Source: an uncultured Verrucomicrobiae bacterium
Lineage (GTDB): Bacteria; Verrucomicrobiota; Verrucomicrobiia; Chthoniobacterales; UBA10450
NCBI GenBank assembly: GCA_963772365.1
Contig: CAVYXA010000004.1
Location: 1-64,000, forward strand
Reading direction: 5' to 3'
Length of the DNA: 64,000 nucleotides
Translations under genes and position numbers: made by a program
Notes under the pieces: generated by a model
What the model was told of the DNA's origin: nothing
Seen by the model: only the letters and a program-made list of their open reading frames with translations
The model's database searches: none
In this document: one piece after another, positions 51,548 to 61,724 of the stretch
Position numbering within the stretch: position 1 is the first letter of the stretch
Layout of the letters: each line of letters begins with the position of its first letter

Positions 51548-52930
51548 TCATTTCACGCCAATGGCCGCTTCTATGACTTCCGCGATGCGGTTGGCTTGTT
51601 TGTCGATCTTATCGAAGTCGCGGCCTTCGATGAGCAATCGAATCTTTGGCTCGGTGCCGGAGTAACGCAATAGCACCCGCCCCTTCCCATCCAGTTCCCG
51701 TTCGATTTCATCCCGTAGTTTCACCAGACCGCGCAGCTCCTCAATCGGCGGTTTTATTTTCACAACGAGATTGCGCTGGGCTTGCGGATATTTCTTCAGA
51801 CAGCTTTTCAATTTGCTCAACGGCTGACCGCTCTCGTGCATAATCCTCAGGATTTGCAGCGCGCTGATGATGCCGTCGCCGGTTGTCGTGAAGTCGCGAA
51901 AAATAATATGGCCGCTCTGCTCACCACCCAAATTCAGGTTCTGTTTCATCATCTCCTCGATCACGTACCGGTCGCCCACTTTCGTCCGGACTACTTTGCC
52001 ACCGTGTACAGTCAACGTTTCATCAAGTCCGAAATTGCTCATCACCGTTGCGACCAGGACGTTGTCGCGAAGTTCTCCTCTGCTCAGAAGATCGACTGCC
52101 GCGATCGCGAGAATTTCGTCACCATCGACAATTTCGCCATTCTCATCGCAGAGCAGAACGCGGTCGGCATCGCCATCGTGGGTAATGCCCACATCCGCGC
52201 CAGCCATTTTCACGATCCGCTGAATCTCCTCGGGATGCGTGCTGCCGCATCCGTCGTTGATGTTCATGCCGTTAGGCTGGTTGTGGGCGATGGCAACATC
52301 GGCGCCGAGCTCGCGTAAAATGCACGGGGTCGATTTGTAAGCGGCGCCATTGGCGACATCCACCGCCACCCGCATTTCTTCGAGCGACATTTTCCTGGGG
52401 AAACTAGCCTTGGCGAATTCGATATAGCGGCCGAGGGCATCGTCGATCCTCGCGGCTCGGCCGATTTTCCCTGCCGTGGGTCGGACCGAATCAATCGCGC
52501 CGGTAAAGACGAGCTGCTCGATTTTTTCCTCGATCTGATCATCGAGTTTGTAACCATCGTGGCGGAAAAATTTGATGCCATTGTCCTCATAAGGATTGTG
52601 CGAAGCAGAAAGGACAATCCCGGCATCGGCGCGAAGCGATCGGGTAATGTAGGCCACGCCCGGTGTGGGCAGAGGTCCGATGACGAGAACATCGACACCG
52701 AGCGATGTGATCCCGGCCACGAGCGCATTTTCCAACATGTAACCCGAGAGACGAGTGTCCTTACCGAGAACAATTTTCGGACGCGTACCTCCGGGCGTCG
52801 TCCGCGGATTGAGTTGCGTAAAAACGTGCGCGGCAGCACGCCCCAATTTGAGCGCCGTCTCAGCAGTGACGGGCTCGACATTGGCCACGCCACGAACACC
52901 GTCGGTCCCAAAGATCTTTTTCGTCTGCAT
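51548..52930 (-). CDS. glmM: Phosphoglucosamine mutase
   Basis: FGTDGVRG, SASHNP, DGDADR, GGEQSGH, RYSGTEP. Confidence 0.96.
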   Translation of the reverse strand: MQTKKIFGTDGVRGVANVEPVTAETALKLGRAAAHVFTQLNPRTTPGGTRPKIVLGKDTRLSGYMLENALVAGITSLGVDVLVIGPLPTPGVAYITRSLRADAGIVLSASHNPYEDNGIKFFRHDGYKLDDQIEEKIEQLVFTGAIDSVRPTAGKIGRAARIDDALGRYIEFAKASFPRKMSLEEMRVAVDVANGAAYKSTPCILRELGADVAIAHNQPNGMNINDGCGSTHPEEIQRIVKMAGADVGITHDGDADRVLLCDENGEIVDGDEILAIAAVDLLSRGELRDNVLVATVMSNFGLDETLTVHGGKVVRTKVGDRYVIEEMMKQNLNLGGEQSGHIIFRDFTTTGDGIISALQILRIMHESGQPLSKLKSCLKKYPQAQRNLVVKIKPPIEELRGLVKLRDEIERELDGKGRVLLRYSGTEPKIRLLIEGRDFDKIDKQANRIAEVIEAAIGVK

Positions 52931-52958
52931 CTGTATCAGGCCGCCGCGCCGCGATAAT

Positions 52959-54704
52959 CTACAGTGACGACGACGATTCCGTTTGTCGATTGTGATCGCT
53001 CAGAAAAATGCATTCATTCTCCAGTCCGAGCAGCATGCCCCATTTCAATGGGAATGTCTCCAGATTCACCGTCCGCGAAATAATTGGCGCCCACGCGCTG
53101 TATTCTCCTTTCAAAATGTCGCCGAGGGTATTTTGGCTGCCGCTGATGGGTGTGAGATAAAGACCGTAAACCGGGCCGCCAAGAATTCTGTAATCGCTGA
53201 TATCGGTCATCTCCTTGATCGTTTCCGGCACATAGAGAGCGCGCCGATCGGCATACCACGCCACCGCCCACGGCATATCGGACGCGGTCACCTCGTTAGG
53301 CTTCATCCAATCGTTCAACACGGCGATGTAGGGCGGAACATAAGGCGGCCAGCGGATCGATGACTCCGGTTGTTTGAAGAATGGTAGTTTTAGGATCAGG
53401 GGCGTAGCGCAAAGTAAAAACAACAGCGTGATGAATGCGATCCGCGCCACTCGAAGACGCAGCTCCAATCGACGCCATTGGACCAGAAGGAACGCGAGCC
53501 CGTAGCAGGTCATCAGCGGCACAAACATCAGGTGCAGTTGGTTTGCGGCAAAACCTTGTTCTTCATTGACGCCAAAGACGGCCATGCCTGTGACGCCGCC
53601 GAGCCACATGGTCAAAAGCATCCATCGAATTGTTCCCGTTTCGCGGCGTCTGAAAACGTAAAGCAGCCCGGCAAAAAACATGATCGCGACAATGCTGTAG
53701 CCGAAATATCCGAAGAGTCCCGCCGCCTGATTCAAAAAATTGGTGACGATCTTATCGCGGAAACTCGAAGGGAGAGCACTCCCTTCCAAGTCCAAACTCA
53801 GCCGCCGCATCCAGCCGGATTCGGTATGCTGGATTCCGTCGAGAACGGAATAGATCGCCAGACCCGCAGGATTTCCACTAACGAGATAATTTCGGATCAG
53901 CCACGGAAAATAAACAATCGCGAACGCAGCCAACAAAACGAGAGCAGCCCAGCCCCGCGGCCGAAAAAAGAAAACGCAGTAAATGAATGCAGCGACAAAA
54001 ATCCAGATAGTCAGCGCGTGAGTGAGGGCCAGAAGTCCGAAACCGAGCCCGACGAAGGCCAGCCACAATCCCACGCGTCCGCCGCCATATCGTGCTTCGA
54101 CAGCGCGAACCAGTGCATACATGGTGCAGTTGAACAAAAACAGCAGCAGCATCTGAGGCAGACCGGAGAGCGAGTACTGCCAGAACATGTCGCAGAGCAA
54201 GACCAGCGCGCACGTCATCAAAGCCAGACGCTGATCGAACAATCGCCGCACAATAAGGTAGAGAACCACTACCGAAAGCAAAAAGAGCGCGATCGCCATC
54301 ACCACGACCGCCCGATCCCCAGCGTATAGAACGTCGGCCGGCGTCATTTTCCAGTGGGATTTGATCGGGAAAAGCGCAATCGCATCCACCAAAGACGGCA
54401 ACGGCGCATTATAAGTGTCGATCCAAATTTTCTGCGGCACATCTTTGCCATGGGCCAGCAGGTTCCCAATCGAGAGTGGCCGGGCAAAATTCGTTCGCCA
54501 ACCATGACCGCGAGCAATTTCCCGACCGATTTGCGCCTGATCCATCGCCTGCGAGGTGGCCAGCCCGCGGAACTCGTGCGTCATATAAAAGATAGCCAGC
54601 AGTGCAACGCCCGCCAGGGCGAGGCCGCGACGCATCCAAACTACGGGCTTGCCAGCTTCTAGACTGTGAACTAGGCGCTGGATGAATTCTGCGCTACCTG
54701 GCAT
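52959..54704 (-). CDS. GT-C fold membrane glycosyltransferase (GT39/ArnT-like)
   Basis: AMD.AQIGR.IARG.G, PL, multiple TM helices, PWLIRN...GNP. Confidence 0.7.
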   Translation of the reverse strand: MPGSAEFIQRLVHSLEAGKPVVWMRRGLALAGVALLAIFYMTHEFRGLATSQAMDQAQIGREIARGHGWRTNFARPLSIGNLLAHGKDVPQKIWIDTYNAPLPSLVDAIALFPIKSHWKMTPADVLYAGDRAVVVMAIALFLLSVVVLYLIVRRLFDQRLALMTCALVLLCDMFWQYSLSGLPQMLLLFLFNCTMYALVRAVEARYGGGRVGLWLAFVGLGFGLLALTHALTIWIFVAAFIYCVFFFRPRGWAALVLLAAFAIVYFPWLIRNYLVSGNPAGLAIYSVLDGIQHTESGWMRRLSLDLEGSALPSSFRDKIVTNFLNQAAGLFGYFGYSIVAIMFFAGLLYVFRRRETGTIRWMLLTMWLGGVTGMAVFGVNEEQGFAANQLHLMFVPLMTCYGLAFLLVQWRRLELRLRVARIAFITLLFLLCATPLILKLPFFKQPESSIRWPPYVPPYIAVLNDWMKPNEVTASDMPWAVAWYADRRALYVPETIKEMTDISDYRILGGPVYGLYLTPISGSQNTLGDILKGEYSAWAPIISRTVNLETFPLKWGMLLGLENECIFLSDHNRQTESSSSL

Positions 54705-56163
54705 TTTCGGATTCGGTGGTTACGTCGTTGCGCGCCGGACCCTGAGTCGGAGCCGGACTGCCATTTTCGCGGGATAGCTCGCTGGCTGCCTTCATCTCGT
54801 TGATCTTTCGATGAAGTGTTCGCCTGCTAATGCCGAGCTTCTTTGCTGCTGCCGTCACGTTGCCATCTGTCGCTGCAAGTGCCTGCATGATCAACTTTTT
54901 CTCCGTTTCATGAAGATCGAGCGGGCTCGCCTTTTCGCCATAGGCTTTAGCAGCGGAAATGCCGCGCGGTAAAGTTCCGCCCGCAGCCTGGCGCACGGCC
55001 ATCGGTAAATCACGCAAGGTCAGCTTCGAACCGGTGGCCATGACCACGCCGTGCTCGATCGCCGTTCGCAGCTCGCGCACATTGCCAGGCCAGTTGTAAG
55101 TGAGCAGTGCGTTCATGGCGTCGGCGGTAAGATCGACAACCGATTTCTCATTCGCTTTCGAAAAATGCCGCAGAAAAGATTTAACTAATATCGGAATATC
55201 GTCCTTTCGCTCCCGCAAAGGCGGCATGGTAATGCGCACAACATTGAGCCGAAAGAAAAGATCATCACGAAATTTTCCTTCGCGCACGAGCGCCTCAAGG
55301 TTTTTGTTGGTCGCGGCAATCAAGCGAACATCCGCCCGCAAGGTCTGATTGCCGCCCACTCGTTCAAACGAACGCTCTTCGCTGATCACGCGCAAAAGTT
55401 TTACCTGTGTGCTCGGCGGAATTTCGGCCACTTCGTCGAGAAAAATTGTGCCGCCATTGGCCTGCTCGAATCTTCCGATCCGGCGTTCATGCGCGCCAGT
55501 GAAGGCGCCTTTCTCATGACCGAACAATTCGCTTTCCAGAAGAGTAGGAGAAAGCGCCGCGCAATGCACTGTTACGAATTTCGTCTTGCTACGGCGGCTC
55601 AAATTATGAATCGCATGGGCTGCCAATTCCTTGCCGGTACCGCTTTCTCCTTCGATCAAGACATTCGCCGACGACGGCGCCACCTGCTTGATGGTTGCGA
55701 GCACTTCATGTAGAGCCGGTGATTCTCCAATGATGTTTTCCAGCCCGAACCGCTCATCCACTTGCTGGCGCAGTACGCGGTTTTCCTGTTCCAGGTTGCG
55801 GCCCTTGAGCGCTCGCGCGATCAGCATCTCGATTTTGTCGAGGTTGAGCGGTTTGGTCACAAAATCGTAAGCGCCGCGTTTCATCGCTTCGACCGCGGTA
55901 TCCACCGAGCCGTAAGCAGTCATCATGATGCAAATCGGCGATTGCGGAAGTTTGAGAGCGCGATCAATCAACTGCATCCCGTCTTCGCCGCCAAGCCGCA
56001 GATCCGTGAGAAGCAAATCGATTGGCTCGCGTTCGAGGACGCTCATCGCGCCGGCGATATCTCCCGCGACATAGACATCGTAGTCATCTTCCAGCAATCG
56101 ACGCAGCCCGTCCCGGGTATGTTTTTCATCATCGACAATCAGTATGGTTGGTTGTGGCGACAT
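54694..56163 (-). CDS. Sigma-54-dependent response regulator (NtrC/AtoC family)
   Basis: Receiver domain, GESGTGKE, GAFTGA, WPGNVREL, Fis-type HTH. Confidence 0.95.
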   Translation of the reverse strand: MSPQPTILIVDDEKHTRDGLRRLLEDDYDVYVAGDIAGAMSVLEREPIDLLLTDLRLGGEDGMQLIDRALKLPQSPICIMMTAYGSVDTAVEAMKRGAYDFVTKPLNLDKIEMLIARALKGRNLEQENRVLRQQVDERFGLENIIGESPALHEVLATIKQVAPSSANVLIEGESGTGKELAAHAIHNLSRRSKTKFVTVHCAALSPTLLESELFGHEKGAFTGAHERRIGRFEQANGGTIFLDEVAEIPPSTQVKLLRVISEERSFERVGGNQTLRADVRLIAATNKNLEALVREGKFRDDLFFRLNVVRITMPPLRERKDDIPILVKSFLRHFSKANEKSVVDLTADAMNALLTYNWPGNVRELRTAIEHGVVMATGSKLTLRDLPMAVRQAAGGTLPRGISAAKAYGEKASPLDLHETEKKLIMQALAATDGNVTAAAKKLGISRRTLHRKINEMKAASELSRENGSPAPTQGPARNDVTTESENAR

Positions 56164-56247
56164 TTAATAACAGGCGATTCGATCAATCGGATTGCCGAGA
56201 CATTTGACTCATTCGTCGCATCTCTCAATCGGCAACTGTTTCTGCCT

Positions 56248-57690
56248 TTATGGGCCTTGAGGAATCCGAGCGACCGGCGTGGGCGATGAACTAATCGTCG
56301 GACTTTCCGACACGGTCGGGCTCGGGGTGGGAGAAGCGACTGGAAAAGCGAATGTCGCTTCCGGTACAGGCGAAACGCTGGCCTCAGCGGGCGGCGATGT
56401 CGATGCTCCGCTCGCGACAGGTGTCGGAGTTGCACCGGGACTCGCCGTCGGTGCTGGAGTCGGCGAAGGCGATGGCAAAAGGATATTTTCCCATTGATGC
56501 AATGGCACGGTCGCCCCACCGACCTCATTCACCAACGTTTCGCAACGGGCGCGGATCTTGTCCAAAACCGGCGGACCCCATGGCTTGTCCGACGTTCCTG
56601 GAAAAACCAGATACGTCACTTTGAGATCGCTCACGGGCCGGCTATAAGCCGTAGCGGCAGGATTGATTTCCTTGGCAATCCGCAACGAAGCTTCGCCGAC
56701 CCGATCATTCGGGCCGATATCGCCAACGAGCGTTGGATAAATGGCGTCTCCGAAAATGACCAAGGCGTAATCACCGACCTTCAAACCATCGGGCCCGCGG
56801 GCGAATGCTGCCGGCACAACAATGTAAGGATCGGTCACACCGATGAGAAAACTGAATTTCTTAAGCGTGAAAATCTCGGCATGCAGTTCCGCAATCAGCG
56901 AACGCAATTCACGTTTGCGTTCTACCGTTGTGGCCGGCGAAGCAAACTCATCCTCGGCCTGTTTCAAACGCGCCTCTGTCGGCGCCAGATAGGGATTGGG
57001 CACGGATGTTTTCTTAGACCACTTGTAGCTTGTGAAAGGCTTGAAGTTGGTCGGAGCACCCGCGCTGGCCGGCATCCTGTCGCCATCGGAGCCGTCTGCA
57101 TCGACATCCATGTCCGCCTGAATCAGAACGGCCCGGCGATGGCTCTCCGGATGGCGCAATTGCAGAACAGTCTGGCAATCGAAAAAATTGTGGCGTGAGA
57201 GCAACAGATCGAGGCGGACCAATTTTTCGCGCAGAACTTTAATTTTGGTCTCGTAAAGCTCGGCGAAAAGAGGCGAGACCGATTCCGGCGTCACCATTTT
57301 GCTCAAGCCGGGCAGAAGGGCGGGCAATTGCGGGCTCACTTTCGACAGGTCATCGATCGTTTTATTCGCTACCGGCAGACGTGCCTTCAATTGAAGATCG
57401 ACGATGTAACTTTCCAGATCGTTCCGCTCTGTCGTTGCATCCGCTCCGGGAAGAGTCTCAACTTTGGAATGTAGAGTGAGGCCGTTGAATATTTTGTTCG
57501 TATCGAGCTTGCCGGTGATGATCGGCGGACGCGTCGGACTTGGCGTAGGCGTCGGAGTCACCATTAATTCAGGGCCGAAGTGGACCAAACGCTCCAGCGA
57601 AATCCAGCTGTAGATAATTGCGACGAAAATCGCCAAAGCCAGAACCAGCACCACCCGCCCCAGCCATGTCCTGACGCGCAATTTTGCCAC
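56248..57690 (-). CDS. Membrane-anchored glycoside hydrolase family 75 (chitosanase-like) with P/S/T-rich tail
   Basis: ADMDVDADG, PYIVVP, VGD.ALV, VGDIGP..VGEAS..IA. Confidence 0.7.
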   Translation of the reverse strand: MAKLRVRTWLGRVVLVLALAIFVAIIYSWISLERLVHFGPELMVTPTPTPSPTRPPIITGKLDTNKIFNGLTLHSKVETLPGADATTERNDLESYIVDLQLKARLPVANKTIDDLSKVSPQLPALLPGLSKMVTPESVSPLFAELYETKIKVLREKLVRLDLLLSRHNFFDCQTVLQLRHPESHRRAVLIQADMDVDADGSDGDRMPASAGAPTNFKPFTSYKWSKKTSVPNPYLAPTEARLKQAEDEFASPATTVERKRELRSLIAELHAEIFTLKKFSFLIGVTDPYIVVPAAFARGPDGLKVGDYALVIFGDAIYPTLVGDIGPNDRVGEASLRIAKEINPAATAYSRPVSDLKVTYLVFPGTSDKPWGPPVLDKIRARCETLVNEVGGATVPLHQWENILLPSPSPTPAPTASPGATPTPVASGASTSPPAEASVSPVPEATFAFPVASPTPSPTVSESPTISSSPTPVARIPQGP

Positions 57691-57699
57691 TGGGTGCGG

Positions 57700-58017
57700 T
57701 TACTTTTTCACCCAGGCTACGATTCCTACAATGATGCCGATCACGCTCAGGATCGACATCATCCCAGCCGGCATTGCTTTGCCGGTACTGATGAATTTGG
57801 GAACGAATTGCGCAGCCAGAACGAAGGAAATAATCAAGACAATCGCCAGCCCGGCAACCGTATGTTCCGGCAAAAGCCAGGCGCCGACGAGCAGCAGAAT
57901 CCCAGTGATCGAGCCGGCGATGATCGAAGCCGTGCTGCCGGCCTTGATGTAGCCAATGATGCCGCCGGCAATTGTGAGAACGCCGAAAACGATGAAGTAG
58001 ATCCTGGGTCCGAACAT
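57700..58017 (-). CDS. TMEM14-family small membrane protein
   Basis: GG..GY.KAGS..S..AG, KF..TGK.MPAG. Confidence 0.85.
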   Translation of the reverse strand: MFGPRIYFIVFGVLTIAGGIIGYIKAGSTASIIAGSITGILLLVGAWLLPEHTVAGLAIVLIISFVLAAQFVPKFISTGKAMPAGMMSILSVIGIIVGIVAWVKK

Positions 58018-58152
58018 TGAGGAATTCAGTAACCTAACGCTCCGGTCCTGTCCAGCGGGGCAAGAGCGGCTTACCTGATTTACGCCCAGGGTTGAGCGAC
58101 ATTCGAATTCCGAAGAGCGTGCGCTCCACGGAAATCGCGGCTAGGCTTTTTC

Positions 58153-59517
58153 GTGCACGCGTTTCATTACCGCGATGGCAAACTTCACGGCGAAGATGTC
58201 GATCTTACCTGCGTGGCCGAGCAGTTCGGGACGCCGCTGTATGTATATAGCGCGAGCACAATTCTGGATCATTACCAACGCCTCGATACCGCTTTGGCTC
58301 CGCTCGATCACTTGATTTGTTACGCGGTCAAGGCCAACTCGAACGGCGCGATCTTAAAATTGCTGGGCGATGCCGGCGCGGGGTTCGACATCGTTTCCGG
58401 CGGCGAACTCTTCCGCGTGCTCAAAACCGGCGGTGATCCAGCCAAATGTACATTCGCAGGTGTCGGCAAATCGCGCGCCGAAATCGAGTACACGCTCGAC
58501 CAGGGCGTTTACAGTTTCAATGTCGAAAGCGAAGCCGAGCTGGAATGCATCGACCAAATCGCGGCCGAAAAAAAAGTGCAGGCGCCGATCGCATTGCGCG
58601 TCAATCCCGATGTCGATCCTAAGACACATCATTACATTTCGACCGGGTCGCACGAGAACAAGTTCGGAATTTCGCTCGATCGGGTCGAAGCGATCTACAA
58701 TCGCGCCGCGAAGATGGACAACATCGACATTGTCGGAGTCCAAATGCACATCGGCTCCCAGATTACTGAGGCGAAACCGTTTGCCGAAGCGATCGGGAAA
58801 GTTGCCGGAATCGTGCGCCAGCTGAAATCGAAACACGCCATCAAGTTTTTCAGCATCGGCGGCGGCATGGGAATCATTTATCGCCGCGCATTAGAGAGCG
58901 GCTCGGGCCAATGGTGGCACAAGCATGGTCCCGCATGCGCGGGATCCGCATTCAGCATCCGCGATTATGCCGATGCCATCGTGCCGTCGCTGCGTAAACT
59001 CAATGTCCGGATCCTGGTTGAGCCGGGCCGGTTTCTGGTTGGAAATGCCGGCGTTCTTCTCACCCGGGTTTGTTACGTCAAACAGACCGGCCAAAAGAAA
59101 TTTGCGGTTGTCGATGCTGGAATGAACGATCTCATCCGGCCGGCCCTATACCAGAGTTATCACGAGATCGTGCCCGTTAAAGAGTGTGGCAACACCCTAA
59201 CCTCAATCCTCTCCCTGGAAGGGAGAGGCGGACGCGAAGCGCGGGGTGAGGGTCGAGCCACACCGACCGAGAAGATCGACATTGTCGGACCGGTCTGTGA
59301 ATCAGGAGATTTTTTCGCACTCGACCGGGAGATGCCGCCGCTGCGTCAGGGCGACCTGCTCGCCATCATGAGCGCCGGCGCATATGGATTCACGATGGCC
59401 TCGAATTATAATTCGCGTCCCTTCCCCGCCGAAGCGCTGATTCGCGGGGACCAGTCCAGACTAATTCGTGAGCGACAAACGTGGAGCGATCTGGTGCGCG
59501 GTGAGATCGACAATTAG
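58153..59517 (+). CDS. lysA: Diaminopimelate decarboxylase with an in-frame repeat insertion
   Basis: GTPLYVY, YAVKAN, HIGSQI, EPGR, GPVCESGD, GAYG..MASNYN. Confidence 0.96.
   Translation: MHAFHYRDGKLHGEDVDLTCVAEQFGTPLYVYSASTILDHYQRLDTALAPLDHLICYAVKANSNGAILKLLGDAGAGFDIVSGGELFRVLKTGGDPAKCTFAGVGKSRAEIEYTLDQGVYSFNVESEAELECIDQIAAEKKVQAPIALRVNPDVDPKTHHYISTGSHENKFGISLDRVEAIYNRAAKMDNIDIVGVQMHIGSQITEAKPFAEAIGKVAGIVRQLKSKHAIKFFSIGGGMGIIYRRALESGSGQWWHKHGPACAGSAFSIRDYADAIVPSLRKLNVRILVEPGRFLVGNAGVLLTRVCYVKQTGQKKFAVVDAGMNDLIRPALYQSYHEIVPVKECGNTLTSILSLEGRGGREARGEGRATPTEKIDIVGPVCESGDFFALDREMPPLRQGDLLAIMSAGAYGFTMASNYNSRPFPAEALIRGDQSRLIRERQTWSDLVRGEIDN
59194..59253 (+). repeat. Family A element in frame in lysA
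   Basis: ACCCTAACCTCAATCCTCTCCCTGGAAGGGAGAGGCGGACGCGAAGCGCGGGGTGAGGGT. Confidence 0.88.
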
Positions 59518-59549
59518 GTCTTACAATCTTGCCCGGATGGCACGATCCG

Positions 59550-61565
59550 TTACGGAGCCTCCAAACTCCAACCTGACGGAAGCGTTGGACCGTAGGCGCC
59601 ACCGATGTAGGCACTGTTGTTCAGATACCAGATCGCTGTCCGGCGGGTGCTGGTATTCTGCAACAAATAATCAGGCTTTTCGTCCGAGTTAAAATCGGCC
59701 ACGCCGACCAATTCATAGCCACTCGCAATCGTTGGCCCATAGACGCCCCTGAGAAACGTAACCCCGGAGAAATACCAGATCGCTGTCTGACGCGTGCCGC
59801 GGTTGAAGAACGCTACATCCACCGAGCCGTCCCCATCGAAGTCCGCTATACCAGCCTTTCTCCAGCCAACCGGAATAGTGGGCCCGTATGTGCCCCCGAT
59901 GTAAACGTTGTTGTTCAGGTACCACACCGCCGATCGGCGCGTGCTCGCATTGAAAAGCACGTAATCAGGTTTTCCGTCGCCATTAAAATCGCCGACAGCG
60001 ACCAAGGCCCATCCGCTCGGGAGACTGGGCCCGTAAGCGCCGCTGATGTAAACGTTATTGTTGAGGTACCAGATCGCCGTCTGGCGTGTGCTGGGGTTGA
60101 ACAGGGCGTGATCCGGGTGGCCGTCGCGATTGAAATCGGCTACATCGATTACGCTCCAGCCAACCGGCAGAGTCGGAGCATAAGCCCCGCCGATATAAAC
60201 GTTGTTATTCAAATACCACACTGCCGTCTGGCGCGTGCTTCCGTCATAGAGCAAGTAATCTGGGTGGCCGTCACCGTTGAAATCGTAGGTTGCTTGCGAG
60301 GGAGGCGTGGAGCCGAATTCGAAGGCGCCCATGTCCACGATGCCGTTCGCGATACGGCGGTTGCCATCCAGGTCGGTGCCTGTGGTCATCCAGGTCTGAT
60401 TGGTTCCTGTGTCAATGCACGGCGAGCCGCTACCAAGATGGTACCCGGTCGCAAAACCGGGGTCAGAAGCGATGTTGCCGGCGCCGGGAGGCAGGGGAGT
60501 TGAGTCGCAGTGGTCAAACGTCGCTGCCCCATACGGGTTGAGGTAATAGTTAGGATCAGTGGCGGCAGTGTTACCATAGATGATTGTGTTCCGAATCTGA
60601 CTGCCATAGGCGAGACCTCCTCCGTTGGAGAAATTGCCATAAAGTGTGTTGCCAGAGACGGTGCTGGACTCCAGAATCCCGCCGCTGTTGAAATACACGC
60701 CGCCGCCCACCGCCCAGTTGGCGCCTCCGGGGTCGGTATGGGCGTTGTTGCCGGTGATGAGACAGTTTCGAACAAGACCATCCACGTTCGCCGTCATGTA
60801 AACTCCGCCGCCGTTGGCATACCAATGTCCATAGGCCGTGTTGCCGCTGATCGTGCAGTTTTGCACTGAGCCGTTGTTGGCGTTGATCCCGGCGCCGTTC
60901 GCGTAATAGCCGGTCAGGGTGTTGTTGGTGACGGTGGAGTGGTCAATCTGACTTTCATCAATAGCATAGATGCCGCCACCCTCGGCGAACGCCCCATACT
61001 GGTAGCTATTTGTGGATGTGACGGTATTCCCGCTGATCATACAGTGAGAAACGGTTCCTCCGTTACAATAGACACCGCCACCCTTTGGTGCATCACCTAC
61101 CGCCTGATTGTTGGTGATCACGCAGTTCGTTAGGGTGCCGCCAACACAGTAAACGCCGGCGCCAAGCTCCGCCGTTCCATTGGCAATCGTCAGGCGGGAA
61201 ATGGTGGCGGTACTGGAAGTGATATTGAAAATGCGGAAAGGCATCACGGAGTTGCGCTGCACGGTCAACAGATTTACGCCGGGGCCATTGATCGTCAGGT
61301 GTTTGTTAATTAACAACTCACCACTCGTGAGGTTAATCATGGTAACACCAGCAGCGAAGTTAATCACATCGCCGGACGCCGCATTAAGGATCGCCTGCCG
61401 CAGTGATCCCGCGCCGCTGTCGTTACCATTGGTAACAGTAAGAGTTGCCGCCGGCGCATCGGTCGCATTTAATAGGAGGGCGGAGATCACGCAAGCCAGA
61501 TAAGAACACCAGTGCGTCGGCAAATACCGGTTATGACAAGGGGTTGTTAACATGATCTTTTTCAT
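59550..61565 (-). CDS. Secreted protein: beta-helix (GGGVY repeats), choice-of-anchor-Q-like segment, five C-terminal FG-GAP/VCBS-like repeats
   Basis: DSGAGSLRQAI, SPCIDTG..DLDG..R...VDMGAFE, repeated DFNGDG.PD..L....TRQTAIWYLNNN. Confidence 0.8.
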   Translation of the reverse strand: MKKIMLTTPCHNRYLPTHWCSYLACVISALLLNATDAPAATLTVTNGNDSGAGSLRQAILNAASGDVINFAAGVTMINLTSGELLINKHLTINGPGVNLLTVQRNSVMPFRIFNITSSTATISRLTIANGTAELGAGVYCVGGTLTNCVITNNQAVGDAPKGGGVYCNGGTVSHCMISGNTVTSTNSYQYGAFAEGGGIYAIDESQIDHSTVTNNTLTGYYANGAGINANNGSVQNCTISGNTAYGHWYANGGGVYMTANVDGLVRNCLITGNNAHTDPGGANWAVGGGVYFNSGGILESSTVSGNTLYGNFSNGGGLAYGSQIRNTIIYGNTAATDPNYYLNPYGAATFDHCDSTPLPPGAGNIASDPGFATGYHLGSGSPCIDTGTNQTWMTTGTDLDGNRRIANGIVDMGAFEFGSTPPSQATYDFNGDGHPDYLLYDGSTRQTAVWYLNNNVYIGGAYAPTLPVGWSVIDVADFNRDGHPDHALFNPSTRQTAIWYLNNNVYISGAYGPSLPSGWALVAVGDFNGDGKPDYVLFNASTRRSAVWYLNNNVYIGGTYGPTIPVGWRKAGIADFDGDGSVDVAFFNRGTRQTAIWYFSGVTFLRGVYGPTIASGYELVGVADFNSDEKPDYLLQNTSTRRTAIWYLNNSAYIGGAYGPTLPSGWSLEAP

Positions 61566-61724
61566 ATTTTTTCCAAAGATTGATTGTGGGGCGAGAAGCA
61601 ATTTGATCTTGGGGGAGGCACTTGTGGATATTCTCGCTGGAATGGAACGGCCTTTTTACGCACTTTCCGCCAGAAACGCAAGAAAAAAATTCTAGGATCG
61701 AGCCAGGCCGAATGGTGTTTGCCA

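Noticed and set aside
56260..56480. Low-complexity repeats at the GH75 C-terminus
   Set aside because: Pro/Thr/Ser linker coding, common in secreted proteins.
58018..58152. Lysine riboswitch upstream of lysA
   Set aside because: The spacer is only about 135 nt, is shared with a divergent gene, and shows no recognisable L-box conserved elements.
58927..58947. Small hairpin in lysA encoding GPACAGS
   Set aside because: It could be another repeat remnant, but it is short and has no sibling in the window.
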